Source of the DNA: Podarcis muralis
Lineage: Eukaryota
Direction of reading: 5' to 3'
NCBI RefSeq assembly: GCF_964188315.1
Contig: NC_135664.1
Location: 9,052,001 to 9,116,000 of the forward strand
Length of the DNA stretch: 64,000 nt
Shown here: positions 26,867 through 41,020 of the stretch, piece by piece
How positions within the stretch are numbered: the first letter of the stretch is position 1
How the letters are laid out: each line of letters opens with the position of its first letter
Made by a program: the position numbers and the translations under genes
The notes under the pieces: generated by a model
Told to the model about the DNA's origin: nothing
The model's database searches: none
Seen by the model: the letters and a program-made list of their open reading frames with translations, nothing else

Positions 26867-27100
26867 CAGTGGTACCTCGGGTTACATACGCTTCAGGTTA
26901 CATACGCTTCAGGTTACAGACTCCGCTAACCCAGAAATAGTGCTTCAGGTTAAGAACTTTGCTTCAGGATGAGAACAGAAATCGTGCTCCGGCGGCAGTG
27001 GGAGGCCCCATTAGCTAAAGTGGTGCTTCAGGTTAAGAACAGTTTCAGGTTAAGTACGGACCTCTGGAACGAATTAAGTACTTAACCTAAGGTACCACTG
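26867..27100. mobile_element. MITE family A
   Basis: TIR and TA TSD. Confidence 0.88.
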
Positions 27101-27189
27101 TACTTGTGTATGACAAGTTGTTTGCCCAGAAGTTACCATGAATTCCAGTTGGGTTCTTGTGGAAACAAGTAACTTACTAAATGGTAGCA

Positions 27190-27190
<1 letters not shown>

Positions 27191-27252
<62 letters not shown>
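27191..27252. repeat. (AAAG)n microsatellite
   Basis: Direct reading. Confidence 0.95.
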
Positions 27253-27253
<1 letters not shown>

Positions 27254-28049
27254 AAAGTCTTATGCTCATATTTGGGTTAACGTCTGTTAGGATTTTCACA
27301 AATAATGAGAAAACTAGGTTGTCGTTTTTGTGCTGCTTGGGAGATGAAACAGGCCCTTGTTAGCTTAGTGCTGCACCATATAATCCAAGCTAGAATAACC
27401 TCCTCTTAAACTATTGAGCATCTGGGGTCTACTTGTTTTAAAAAACAAACAAAAATAATTTGTTTTTACTCCGCCGTGGGGCAAAGGCTTTTAAAATTAA
27501 ATTGAAATAATCTCCCTTCTATTCTTGTTACCATAGTAGGTCTATTCAAGTCAATGTTGTTATCTTTGGCAGGCTCCTGCGGTTCAAAAATAATGTGGAT
27601 ATATTAGGCCTGATTGTCCTCTGTTCTGCCATGGTTTTTTTTCTTTGACTGATTTTTGTAAGTTATTAATTACCGGTTATATGCCGGTTCACTCAGAAAT
27701 CCCACTGAGTTCAATAGGGATTACTCATGAGAAAACGTAAATGGGGCTGTAATCTTAGAATACAACCAGGCCAACTTGAGACGGACAAAGTCACCTTGGA
27801 GACTTGAGTACCACTGGTACAGCAGAAAGGGTGGTTGTTTTTGTCCTTAAATATTAAGTAGATAGTTCTTTCCATTGTTGCAGGTGAGCAGTGAGTATTC
27901 TGCGCAACTTCAGTCCCTCTTGGGCATATCTGATTTAAATTTATTGGGGGACTCTTGAAATAAGAAGCGTTAAGTTGTGTTCTGTTCCAGTGATGTAATA
28001 TTTGGCATTTTATTTCTCCTCCTTCTCCAACCCCCGCCCCCCACCCCAG

Positions 28050-28272
28050 AATCAGACCTCAACTAGCCAAAGAAAAGATTGAAGGATGCCATATCTGCAC
28101 ATCTGTCACACCTGGAGAACCTCAAGTGTTCCTGGGAAAAGATAAGGCCTTCACCTTTGATTATGTATTTGATATTGAATCCCAGCAAGAAGAAATCTAT
28201 ATACAGTGCATAGAAAAACTGATTGAAGGCTGCTTTGAAGGATACAATGCTACCGTGTTTGCTTATGGGCAG
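28050..28272 (+). CDS. KIF21A: KIF21A coding exon 2 (motor domain start, [16 protein letters not shown]...NATVFAYGQ)
   Basis: cag acceptor at 28047-49 and GT donor at 28273. 223 nt. Translation matches the kinesin-4 KIF21A N-terminal motor as I recall it. Confidence 0.97.
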
Positions 28273-28416
28273 GTAAACTTTACGAACGTTTCAAAATTAA
28301 TTGTTTGCTTTTCAGTGAATCTGTCAGATGGCTGTTGCGGCTGCTCGAGAGTAAGCAGGCAGGACTCCAAACCCGTATTTTACAGGTTTTATTTTGGCGC
28401 AAACTATTTACAGTGA

Positions 28417-28768
28417 CGCTGGTGGTGCTGTGGGTTAAACCACAGAGCCTAGGACTTGCTGATCAGAAGGTCGGCAGTTCGAAACCCTGCGACGGGGTGA
28501 GCTCCCGTTGCTCGGTCCCTGCTCCTGCCAACCTAGCAGTTCGAAAGCACATCAAAGTGCAAGTAGATAAATAGGTACCGGTCCGGCGGGAAGGTAAACG
28601 GCTTTTCCATGCACTACTCTGGTTCACCAGAAGCGGCTTAGTCATGCTGGCCACATGACCCGGAAGCTGTACGCCGGCTCCCTTGGCCAATAAAGTGAAA
28701 TGAGCGCCGCAACCCCAGAGTCGGCCACGACTGGACCTAATGGTCAGGGGTCCCTTTACCTTTACCTT
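28417..28768 (+). mobile_element. Sauria SINE
   Basis: 12-bp TSD tatttacagtga. Confidence 0.92.
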
Positions 28769-30098
28769 TATTTACAGTGAAGAGCCCTGAAGCTCATGTG
28801 TGGCTCAATCGCTAGCAGAATCCGGGAGTGGTCTTTTTTTTTTTTTACTTCCCCCAACCTTCCCCTTCCCTCTTTGCACCTTAGGCTACTGCGCAGAATG
28901 GGCGATGGCAAGGGCGTGTTTCCCTCCTGTCCGCCTTGCCCAGGAGCGGTGTTAAGGCTCCCACAAGCATCCTCTGGTCCTTGCACCTCTTCCCCACTAG
29001 AGGCAGAAGGTGCTCAGAAGTGCAATCCTTCAGCTTGAATTACAGTGGCCTTGAATTCTAATAGGTCTGTTCAAAAGAGGATGTGTCCAGCTCAGATTGG
29101 ACTTTCCTCTTCACTTTTGTCCCTCCTCTCCCCATTTGGCATAAATGTTGTTTCGATATAGCCAGGGATGCTGAGAGCATTTTAGTATCTGGAGCTGCCA
29201 CAAGTTAGTCACTCCTGCTCAAATGACTTGACTGATGGTTATCTCTATTATTGATACTGGGATATCAAGTTGTCTTCTTTTTATCTTTTCTTCCCAGCAG
29301 TCTCCTAAACATCCAGGCACTGGCCAGGCAGATCCATATTTGTCATTAATTAAATTTGTATACCACGCTTTATCTGAAGATCACAGGGCGGTTCAGTACA
29401 AAACGAGAGCTCAAAATACATAATAAAACAAAAACAAGTTATGCGTTTTCCTCCCAGGGGTTTTAAATTAGCTCCCAGTGTTTTGGGAACTGCTAGTGTA
29501 GTTCAGGCAGGCAGCCACATGTTGCCTAAGCAACTGTGTTGTTCTTTTGTTTGGTCCTGACGCTTTGACACCTGATGGACTACTAGAATGAGGAGAAGGT
29601 GAGTTTGGAGTTCCAGGGGTGGCTGCCTTCTTAGAGCATTATTTTCCTGCAGTGTGTTACTTAACACACCCTTTTCTTCGTATTAAGTTTAGCATGACAT
29701 AATCTACCTAATAACCCAGTTTTCCTTTTTCTTTTTAACCACTGCAAAACATTGGAAAATATGTTTTATGGATAGGAAGCCAGTCTAATCTTGCTTCAGC
29801 TAGGAAGACTCCTGGAATATCACCCCTTGTTTCCTGGGGGACAGGCGGTGGTGGTTTAGATCCTCATCTCCATTCACTATGCATTTCTGCAGTCCAGATG
29901 TTTTTATGTCATCCAAGTGCTATAGAGATCTTACTTTTTTCTTGAGACAACCTAGAAAGTTGTAAAGTGAGCTGCTGGAGTCAGAAGTCTTTTTGATCAG
30001 CAATAGAGTGTTTCTCGTGTTATTTGACCCTAGGTTAAGATGTGTACAATGAACATTATTTAGTTGCACATTAATGCTGTTTGGTCTCTTAAATTTAG

Positions 30099-30281
30099 AC
30101 AGGAGCCGGTAAAACATACACCATGGGGACCGGATTTGATGTTAACATAATGGAAGAGGAACAGGGCATTATACCACGAGCTGTAAAACACTTGTATAAA
30201 TGTATTGAAGGAAAAACGCACGCAGCTATTCAACAAGGGGTTCCACCTCCAGAGTTTAAAGTGAATGCTCAGTTCTTAGAG
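30099..30281 (+). CDS. KIF21A: KIF21A exon 3 ([17 protein letters not shown]...VNAQFLE), completing the P-loop GQTGAGKT
   Basis: ttag acceptor, gtaagc donor, 183 nt, phase 0-0. Confidence 0.97.
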
Positions 30282-31969
30282 GTAAGCTTTCATAGTAAAA
30301 ATTATTTCCCTCATGTAGCAAAGATATCGGGGCATCCTAATCACAACATATTCAATTCTGATTGGCAAGGAGCTAAATTTTAAATCTGTTTTGTCAACAT
30401 ACAATTTAAATATTGCAGAAAACCCAATGGAATGAATTGTGGCAATATGTTTATTATGCAATTTAGGCAGGAAGAATGGCAGGGAAGTTGAGATTTGCTT
30501 ATCTTACGTTAGAAATCTATGTTTTGGAACATCGTAAAATTATAGTGTTGCAAACTATTTAACACCCACACTAGGGTGGAGAGAGAGGACATTTTGCCCT
30601 TTTCACTAAAGCTCAGATGATTTATGACGCCTGATTCAAAGCTTAGGAAACATGTTTTATTAATTGAGGTCAGCCCCCTCTCTTGGTGTTGTTGAATAAG
30701 GCCAATGAACTGTGTTTGCCACTTTTACATTTGCAATTCTAATGGGAGTTATTTTTTCAATGCCCTTCTGAGTTAGGGTTTAGCAACAGAAGGGTAACCA
30801 AGTTACAGGTGCTTGAATTCCGACGCAGGTAATTATCGCTGGACTGCTGTTGGCATTTCTGCCAAAATATTAACCAAATACATTATGGAGTTGGACTAGT
30901 CTATACCTGTTGCTCTTGACCTAAGGGCACTGGATTTAAGCTTTCTGGCTAATATTTGTCCAGAGGAACAAATCGCAAACGGCACAGTATAAAGGCAGCC
31001 CCTTAGTTCCCCTTAATTTGGACTTTGTTTTCCGAACTCTTTGATAGTTAAACAGTTGCTTCCCCCCCGCCCCGGGTCCTGATAGTTTGTAAGCAAAACA
31101 AAGCCATTTTTAGTGACTTTGGACTTCCAGTGCATCTTCAGCTGATAATTGTAGAATGTTTATACTTACTATTTCCAAAAATAGATTCTATGTATTTTAA
31201 CAAAAACGTCTGTCATAAAGTGTTTCTGTGATATATTTTAAAATACAGAAAGAGAGGTGCAAATCACTTTGTCCAGAAAAACAAGCCTTGGAGGAGTGCT
31301 TAGCTTTTTTTCATTTAAAAAAGCATTTACAGTGCTGCCAATTATTTTTTTAAAAAGAGGCACTCTTCATAGAAATATGGGCAAAAAAGGAAGAAGATGA
31401 AGTTGTATCCCTATCAGTAGCTAACAGGTCTGACAAGTTTAAGTGCTAGTTAGATGATATAATGAGTGATGCAATCTCTTTACTTCTAGGAACCAAGTAT
31501 GTGTAAAACAATATCCTCTTTCACCATAAAATACTAAATATATCCAAGCATTCAGTTTTTAGATACTTTTCATTGCACTGACAGATTAAACTGGTGCCAG
31601 CTAATTATGCAGTATAAACCCTGCAAAACCGTGTTTTCAGTATTGCCTTAGAACTGCTAATTGGAAGAATCCCCAAATCAGAATGATCTTTCAAGTGTCT
31701 CATTCCGTTGTCTGGAAGGTCCTGGTCCGCATGTAACATGCATGGCAAATCTGCTTGTTGAAAGTCAGAACAAGATTGCATTAAATGCCTCTCTGAGGGT
31801 TAGCGAATAAACATTGGCCAGGAACGTTGTTCCGTTATGCAGTCAGTGAGAGGTTATGGAAATTCTCCTTCTGCTTCATTTCCCATGCAAAGGATGCAAA
31901 GAGTATTTGCATCCTTGCACCGTTCTCTGGGGAACATGCATACTGTGTATATAGAAAGATTCAAGAATA

Positions 31970-32325
31970 CAGTGGTACCTCGCAACGACAAAAAACTCGC
32001 AAGACAAAAAACTCACTAGACGAAAGGGTTTTTTGTTTTTTGAGCTGCTTCGCAAGACGATTTTCCCTAGGGGCTTGCTTCGCAAGACGGAAACGTCTTG
32101 CAAGTTTGTTTCCTTTTTCTTAACACCGTTAATACAGTTGCGACTTGACTTCGAGGAGCAACTCATAGCACGCGGTGTGGTAGCCTTTTTTGAGGTTTTT
32201 AAAGACTTTGGTGATTTTTGAAGCTTTTCCAAAACTTTCCCGACACCGTGCTTCGCAAGACGAAAAAAATCGCAAGACGACAAAACTCGCGGAACGAATT
32301 AATTTCGTCTTGCGAGGCACCACTG
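31970..32325. mobile_element. MITE family B (variant interior)
   Basis: TIR and TA TSD. Inverted near-copy of 39881-40232. Confidence 0.87.
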
Positions 32326-32372
32326 TACAAAGGATCTGAAGAACCTCACTGAAAGCATTAGTCCCACATCAC

Positions 32373-32479
32373 CCAGAAGCTGTACGCCGGCTCCCTCGGC
32401 CAGTAAAGCAAGATGAGCGCCACAACCCCAGAGTCGTCCACAACTGGACCTAGTGGTCAGTGGTCTCTTTACCTTTACC
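32373..32479 (+). mobile_element. Sauria SINE 3' fragment
   Basis: gaagctgtacgccggctccctcggcc...acctttacc. Confidence 0.8.
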
Positions 32480-32694
32480 GTGCCTCATTGGGATCCAAAA
32501 TATTGTTCTGATGTTGTTTCCTCCCATGCCCTTCAAGAGGGTTTAGCTCTCACGGTCAGATACTATCCTGCATTCAAATCAATGTGGCTTCCCATGTTCA
32601 GTTTGATTATTTCTCAGGTAAGAGATAGAGAGAGCAACATGGAAGCAAACCTCTGCCCCCTCACCCCCAATACTACTGTGGGTCAAGTGTAATA

Positions 32695-32927
32695 CAGTGG
32701 TACCTCAGGATACATACGCTTCAGGTTACATACGCTTCAGGTTACAGACTCCGCTAACCCAGAAATAGTGCTTCAGGTTAAGAACTTTGCATCAGGATGA
32801 GAACAGAAATCAGGCTGCGGCGGCAGCAGGAGGCCCCATAGCTAAAGTGGTGCTTCAGGTTAAGAACAGTTTCAGGTTAAGAACAGACCTCCGGAACAAA
32901 TTAAGTACTTAGCCCGAGGTACCACTG
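32695..32927. mobile_element. MITE family A
   Basis: TIR and TA TSD. Confidence 0.88.
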
Positions 32928-33586
32928 TATCTTAATAGGTCCTGTATTTTTTTGGAAATTTGGCTCTACCAAACTTTCACCAGTTGTTTCAGAGTGAATT
33001 TAGGAAAACTGGAGACGGGAGACACTTATAGAATAAAAATGGAGAGAAATGTGGAATAGTGCAACTTGCTCCCCATTCTGCATTGAGAAGCAACTTTTTG
33101 CAGATAAGCAAAACGCTCAAGAAATTTGAGGGGACAAATGTGATGATACCCCAGGCTTGGGCCGGAGCTATGGCACCAACACCCTCCCACCCACCCCTTA
33201 CTTGCTATGGGTGGTAGTCAATGCTACTCAGAGTAGACCCACTGATGTCAATGGATGTGACTAACTTACGTTAATTGATTTCAGTTGGTCTATTCTGTGT
33301 AGGATTTACTTAAATATAAGCCTGTGTCATTTTCTTAGTACTGCTCAGCCTGCTGTAACATAGCATATCCTTCTCCTGCTCACAATGTCCTGAACTATTA
33401 TCTGTAATTCCATTAGCAAGCTTTGTCATTGTTGGCCAGTCATGTTTCTGGAGAATGACTATACCCAGCAGCCATGATAGGGAAAACTGTGTCTTAATTA
33501 TTTTGGTCAAACCACAGTACATCTTGAATTTTGTGTAAATTATATTTTCCTTGCTGATGTTGGCCTCTTTTTTCCTTTCAAATTAG

Positions 33587-33736
33587 CTTTACAATGAAGA
33601 AGTCCTTGATCTCTTCGACACAACGCGTGACATGGATTCAAAGAACAAAAAATCAAACATAAAAATCCACGAAGATTCAGCGGGTGGAATATACACAGTG
33701 GGGGTCACAACACGGACTGTAAATTCAGAATCTGAG
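33587..33736 (+). CDS. KIF21A: KIF21A exon 4 ([10 protein letters not shown]...RTVNSESE)
   Basis: ttag acceptor, gtaata donor, 150 nt. Not in the ORF track because it lacks a start codon. Confidence 0.96.
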
Positions 33737-33785
33737 GTAATATTTTTATTCTCAATGAAAATGAGATGGCTTTTGTAAAACATAC

Positions 33786-33835
<50 letters not shown>

Positions 33836-33947
33836 GTGTGTGTGTATCTGTGTCTATTTTTCAATATAGATACAGATATAGATATTCTTCCTTTCCACTC
33901 AGGAGCTCAAGACGGCAGGCATGATTTTGCCCTCCCTCTTCCCTATC

Positions 33948-34194
33948 TGTTATGTACTGAAGTTCTCACCCTGGGCCAGCAGGGGGATACTGTAGATAGT
34001 TATGCAAATAAGGGATCGAAAGTGACGTTCAGTGATTGGATAGTTTTAGAAAATTGTTACAGTTACGTTGTACTGGAGCTCTATATAAGCAGGCTGACTG
34101 AACCCTTCAGTTCAGTTCTGTTCTGGCCTGTGAATAAACAAGAGCTGTTTGAAGAATCGCTGTGTCGTCTGATATGTTCACCCACAACTTAACG
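33948..34194 (+). mobile_element. Solo LTR, 247 bp
   Basis: TGTTA...TAACG ends with a 5-bp TSD CTATC. TATA at 34082, AATAAA at 34133, ATGCAAAT at 34002. About 98% identical to the copy at 57185. Confidence 0.88.
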
Positions 34195-34527
34195 CTATCC
34201 TTTGCAGCAACCCTGAGTGGTAGGTTAGGCTGAGAAACAGGGATTAGTGCAAGATCACTGGCTGAACTTGGAGCTCATAGTTATAGTTTCAGTCTAACTG
34301 CTACACCACATTGACCCTTGCCCAAGAACAGCCTTAGTAATACAGTACAGGTGACTCCCCACTTACACGGGGGTTACATTCTAGGCCCCCGCATGCATAA
34401 GTGAAAGAGATAAAAGGCAGGCATAATTGCTGCTATCTTTGATTTGTAAGATGGGGGTGGAGACGCTCCTTCAGGTATACTGGACCGAGGCCGTTTAGGG
34501 CTTTAAAGGTCAGCATCAGCACTTTGA

Positions 34528-35400
<873 letters not shown>

Positions 35401-37336
35401 ATATCCTTTATTAGAGTAATACCTGAAACTGATTTTCTTGGTCCGCCTTCTGATGTTATACTGATTGGTACGGGAATTGTTGCAGTGTGATGTTAGAATA
35501 AAAGGAGGTCCTAGTATTGTAGTTCCTGCTCATACCACCATTGCTGTTTTCGTATGGAGACGGCTTCAATATTGGCTCTTTCCAAATAGCCCATGGCCTC
35601 TCAAGGATTCTGGTGGTCCAAGAAAGAAACAGCAGTGTTGCAGTAATAAGATACGAGGCCTAAGTAATTCAAAGGTCCACCTACGTTTAAACAGTGTTGC
35701 CATCCTTCCATTTATAATATTTAAATAACTTACACTTAAAATCAAATTGATTGAGATGTCCACCTGTTCCCATAGCAACAGATCTGCCTCGGCTGCTACA
35801 GGCTTCAACCATCCTGCACTGTAGGTCTTGGGTCTAAATAACTCAAATATTTGACAGTTACATTCCCAAATATTGTGGGGTTAGAGTTTTGTTTTGTTGG
35901 GGAAGTTGAAAGTGGTGGTGTGCGTTTAAAGTTGTGTGTGTTTGTGTAAGCTGTGGGGGTTATCTCTGTAAGGAAAGTATATTTACACTTAAAAATTTCA
36001 TAGCCTAAAGCTTAGTGACCTAAGAAATAATTGGGCCCTTGTTCTTGATGGGTCTGGTGTCTTTATAGGAGTTCTAAAGGTTCTAAATACTATATTATAA
36101 AGTGTTACGTTAAGAATAGGCAAGTACAGAACGCTTTTGTTTTAAATTACAAACATTGTGACCATGAGCAGTTTAGTCCTTCAGTGTTTCAGCTTCCTGC
36201 TTAAAAGCGATTTAATTTGATTTGAAAACATGCGAAGTATGCTTATTAGAAGGATTTACTTCGCTTCCAAAATATATTATCCATCCATGCATGTAGGCAA
36301 ATGTTTGAAGATGTGAACCTTGGTTTTAATTGGCTTTAAAATAGAAAGTATGCATTTAAAATGAAAATGGGGTGGTCACAGGAGCGGAAAGCCTTTGACT
36401 TGCTTTCTGCTGAGTTAACAGAAAAGAAAGAAAGCTCTTTGCCATTATGAACATATTTTTCTCAAGCACTTTTGTTTATATACTGGAAATGTTTCAGCTA
36501 CGTGAAAACTATAGTGTGCTTATGACAACAGATGTCAGGATAATTTATATTTTTGTCATTTATCCTCTTGAGTTCTGTACAAAAATCCTTTCACTTACAG
36601 AAAAATAATTCATGCTAATAACAAATGTTTGCTAAAAATTTTATTGTCAGTGGCAAGATTGTAGATTCTGAAACCTATTAATTGTTATGGAGAAGTGGTT
36701 TATGAGGTTATACTTTTATTGCCTGGAGTTTGATCCTTCTCTTCTGAAACATTAATGAACAACTCACATTTCCCCCCTCTACTGGTAGCTGGAAATATTA
36801 CAGGGTCTCTTTTTCCTAAGGATGGATTTTTTTTTAAGAGTTGAAAGTGGTTTGGAAGAGTCCCGCAGTTGCTTCAGATGCAATAGACATTATAGCTTTT
36901 TGAAACAATGCAAAAACTTATTTACCCAGAGGCAAGAGTGGGTCACATGTGCAAACTGTAAAAATTATTTTAAATGTAAACCTTCAGCTTAATATATGGC
37001 TCTAGCTTAGGACTCCGGTTAATGAGGATAATAGCTTCTTTATTCTAGTTTATCATCTAGTGAATGCTGTCTGTAATTCTCTGGGAGCAGGCGAAAGCAT
37101 AGAGGCAGTTGTATTCTTTTCCCTGCCTCCATTTCACTGTCTCTTCTTCTGCAGAGATTTCTAAAACTTGCTTTCCTAAAGAGGATTTTGATGGGCCCAC
37201 ATTTGCTGTTCTAGTTTTCCTCTCTTTTTGCCCTGCGTTGCTGGGAGCATGGCTTAAATAGGGAGAGGCAGTTTGTTGGTCTTTAAAAACACGTCACTCT
37301 CTTTGCAGCCTCACCGGTCTTCTTTCTTCACCACAG

Positions 37337-37504
37337 GACAACATGACAGATAACAGAATGATATCGGAGTCATCTCAGCTAAATGAGTTTGAAACCCTTA
37401 CTGCTAAGTTTCATTTTGTGGATTTGGCAGGGTCCGAACGATTGAAGCGCACAGGGGCCACTGGGGAGAGAGCAAAAGAAGGCATTTCCATCAATTGCGG
37501 ACTA
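37337..37504 (+). CDS. KIF21A: KIF21A exon 6 (DNMTDN...FVDLAGSER...SINCGL), switch II
   Basis: acag acceptor, gtaagt donor, 168 nt, DLAGSE motif. Confidence 0.97.
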
Positions 37505-37608
37505 GTAAGTACTACCTTGACAGCATTTTGATCCTCCTCGTTTCCTAAAATCATTACATACCACCTTTCATTACATAAGAAATACCAAGGCAGTTCACCA
37601 GGCAGTAA

Positions 37609-38156
37609 GAAGGAGCGTCTCCATCCCCATCGTTCTGCCCGGACACTGAGGTCCAGCACTGAGGGCCTTCTGGTGGTTCCCTCGCTGCGAGAAGCCAAGT
37701 TACAGGGAACCAGGCAGAGGGCCTTCTCGGTAGTGGCACCTGTCCTGTGGAACGCCCTCCCATCAGATGTCAAGGAAATAAACAACTACAGTGGTACCTC
37801 GGGTTACATACGCTTCAGGTTACAGACTCCACTAACCCAGAAATATTACCTCGGGTTAAGAACTTTGCTTCAGGATGAGAACAGAAATCGTGCAGCAGCG
37901 GTGCACTGGCAGCAGGAGGCCCCATTAGCTAAAGTGGTGCTTCAGGTTAAGAACAGTTTCAGGTTAAGAACGGACCTCCGGAACGAATTAAGTACTTAAC
38001 CCGAGGTACCACTGTATCTGACTTTTAGAAGACACCTGAAGGCAGCCCTGTTTAGGGAAGTTTTGAATGTGTGGCATTTTAATGCATTTTTAATCTTTGT
38101 TGGAAGCCACCCAGAGTGGCTGGGGAAACCCAGCTGGATGGGCAGGGTAGAAATAA

Positions 38157-38216
<60 letters not shown>

Positions 38217-38222
38217 TATTGT
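37609..38222 (+). mobile_element. L2/CR1-clade LINE 3' fragment with (TAT)n tail, interrupted by a MITE at 37789-38014
   Basis: RAFSVVAPVLWNALP motif. The same family occurs in reverse at about 34442-34575, 45585-45808 and 50895-51295. Confidence 0.7.
37789..38014. mobile_element. MITE family A, nested in a LINE fragment
   Basis: TIR and TA TSD. LINE sequence resumes on both sides. Confidence 0.88.
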
Positions 38223-38875
38223 TGTTAAGACAATGGGGGGGGGGAATACAACAATAAAATCCATAATGGCAAAACAGGAGTTAAAATAGCAATATCATTT
38301 ACAGCAGGCAGAAATGCCAGGAACTGAAATTAATGGTCAGGAAATACCCAGGTAAAATAGGTACATTTTTAATGGAAGAGCCCCAGAGTTAGTGCCAACC
38401 TGTTTTCCAAAGGGAGCAAATTCAACATGGTAGGCACCAGCGAGGAGAAATTCCTTCTCTGTACCACAGTGAGATAGATGTCTGCAAGCCATGTCATGTT
38501 TAATAGGGCCTCCCCCAGCTGTTTATGGCTTCATAAGCCAATACTAAAACCTTAGAAGCATCCCTGAGGCAGAAATATACACAGGACCAAGGATTGCAGC
38601 GCTTGGATCACATTCTTGCCAATTATTTCAAAGCTATGTGGGGGGTGTAACTAGTCAACTGTTGACTAGTTTTTAATGTTTGTCCCACTTTTTAATGTTT
38701 GCCCCACTGTTTGCATTCTACCATCACGCCATTACAAATGGACAGCTCTTTAAATGTGCCACGGGACTCTTCATTTAGTTGTTGCAGTTTAGCCCGGCCG
38801 TCATGTCCCTATAATTGAGATAGTTGATGAAACAGGAATTGCTTCCCTACAGTATAATAGCTGTACTGCAATATA

Positions 38876-39121
38876 GAAGAGAAGAAGAGGAGTTTGGATT
38901 TGATATCCCGCTTTATCACTACCCTAAGAAGTCTCAAAGCGGCTAACATTCTCCTTTCCCTTCCTCCCCCACAACAAACACTCTGTGAGGTGAGTGGGGC
39001 TGAGAGACTTCAGAGAAGTGTGACTAGCCCAAGGTCACCCATCAGCTGCATGTGGAGGAACGGGGAAGCGAACCCAGTTCACCAGATTACAAGTCTACTG
39101 CTCTTAACCACTACACCACAC
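38876..39121 (-). mobile_element. MIR/Ther1-derived squamate SINE (Squam3-like)
   Basis: Minus strand gtggtgtagtggttaagagc head, CORE-like gggtgaccttgggctagtcac, and (tct)n tail. Confidence 0.8.
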
Positions 39122-39675
39122 CTGGGCTATAAACACTGCATTCCCATAAACGTTGACTTTGACTTGCTATTGGAGCTAGCGAAATTACACTGTCTGACAT
39201 TGGAGCAAAAAATGTTGATATTAAATTATACTTGGGGTTTTTTTGGGGGGGGAGAGTGTTGTTGCTGCTTTTTTGTTTTACAAAACTAAGCCTGAAAGAC
39301 ATTCAGAGCCAACTCTGTACTGGGGAAAATGGTTCTGTACATAATTACCTTGCCTGGGATGCAAAGATGGACCATTCCATTTGCAGGAGAGAACTGCGTG
39401 AAGCTTTGCTGGCAGTTTCCCTTGCATCAAGTCTTGTGACTAAATGGGCAACTCATTTCAAAAATAGAACAGTGGCTTGCGTCTTTGACAGTGAAAGCTA
39501 CCGCAGTGGAAAAGGACAAAGTATAGTTCTGCTGACTGCACTGTTCTCTCCCTCACATTTTCTGACTCTGCACAATGCTGCTGATTCTGATTGTGTCAAT
39601 ACTTGTGTGTGTTTTTGGGTGGTGCTATTTTTGGGGGGCAGAATTTTATTAAAACAAATGTTGCATATTTTATAG

Positions 39676-39791
39676 CTGGCGTTGGGCAACGTAATAAGTG
39701 CACTGGGAGATAAGAGCAAGAGGGTCACTCACGTACCATACAGAGATTCAAAATTAACACGACTGTTGCAAGACTCCCTTGGAGGAAACAG
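39676..39791 (+). CDS. KIF21A: KIF21A exon 7 ([11 protein letters not shown]...[20 protein letters not shown])
   Basis: atag acceptor, gtacaa donor, 116 nt, kinesin microtubule-binding motif. Confidence 0.97.
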
Positions 39792-39880
39792 GTACAAGCA
39801 ATTTTTTTTATTTAAAACCATGTTTGAAAGAGATGTCACAAGAACTTTGATTAATTTGCTGTTGATGGAACTAAAGTGTA

Positions 39881-40232
39881 CAGTGGTGCCTCGCAAGACG
39901 AAATTAATTCGTTCCGCGAGTTTTGTCTTGCGATTTTTTTCGTCTTGCGAAGCACGGTGTCGGGAAAGTTTTGGAAAAGCTTCAAAACTCACCAAAGTCT
40001 TTAAAAACCTCAGAAAAGGCTACCACACCGCGTTCTATGAGTTGCTCCTCGAAGTCAAGTCGCAACTGTATTAACGGTGTTAAGAAAAAGGAAACAAACT
40101 TGCAAGATGTTTCCGTCTTGCGAAGCAAGCCCATAGGGAAAATCGTCTTGCGAAGCAGCTCAAAAAACAAAAAACCCTTTCGTCTAGCGAGTGTTTTGTC
40201 TTGCGAGGCATTCGTCTTGCGAGGTACCACTG
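39881..40232. mobile_element. MITE family B (variant interior)
   Basis: TIR and TA TSD. Confidence 0.87.
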
Positions 40233-40255
40233 TATTAGAATACAATAAAATAAGA

Positions 40256-40301
<46 letters not shown>

Positions 40302-40849
40302 TTCGTATAGCTGAGCTGAATTAATAGAATCGGTTTTTCTGCCTCAGCAGAGAAAACACGGTAGCACAATTCATCTTTTCGGTCTGGGTTGCCTGGAGAA
40401 TGATGCAGCCCCATAAATAAAAGAGGAAATCACCACTTACCCCTTTTAAAATCCAGCAGCACGGACAGACTCACAAGGGAAAACAAACTAATGTAGAGCA
40501 CAAGTAAATGATCTGTTTAAAGGAATACTTACTCTGAACCCTTTTAGAGAGACATTAATGCTGTTAAGCCTCATATGGATGAAAGCTTAAGGGAGTGGTT
40601 TTCCAGTAAAGGCTTCAAAAACAAGGCCATTTAGAAGTCAAGAGTTTCCTTGGATTTGTTGTGCTGTAGAACTCTTGCAACTTAATGAGAGAATGTGCAG
40701 TTGAGAATCCTCAACTCGGCCAGTTTATTAAAGAGTTAGTAAGCTTTGCCACAGGAATAGCATGGGAATTCTCCTGTGGGAATACCTACTGTATACTTTC
40801 CCCCTTAATTTTGATCCCATCCTCCCATTACATCCTCCTGCAACTTCCA

Positions 40850-41020
40850 GATTCTTTACCATCTTGGTTGCCCTCCTCTGCACCAGCTTGTCAATGGTCT
40901 TCTTAAATTGTGGTGCCCTGAACTGGACATAGTAATCCAGGTGTGGTCTGACCAAGGCAGAACAGAGCAGGACTCTTCACTCCCCTTAATAGGGACACTA
41001 GACTGCTGTTGATGCAGCCA
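40850..41020 (-). mobile_element. Degraded CR1 RT fragment
   Basis: [28 protein letters not shown]. Confidence 0.7.
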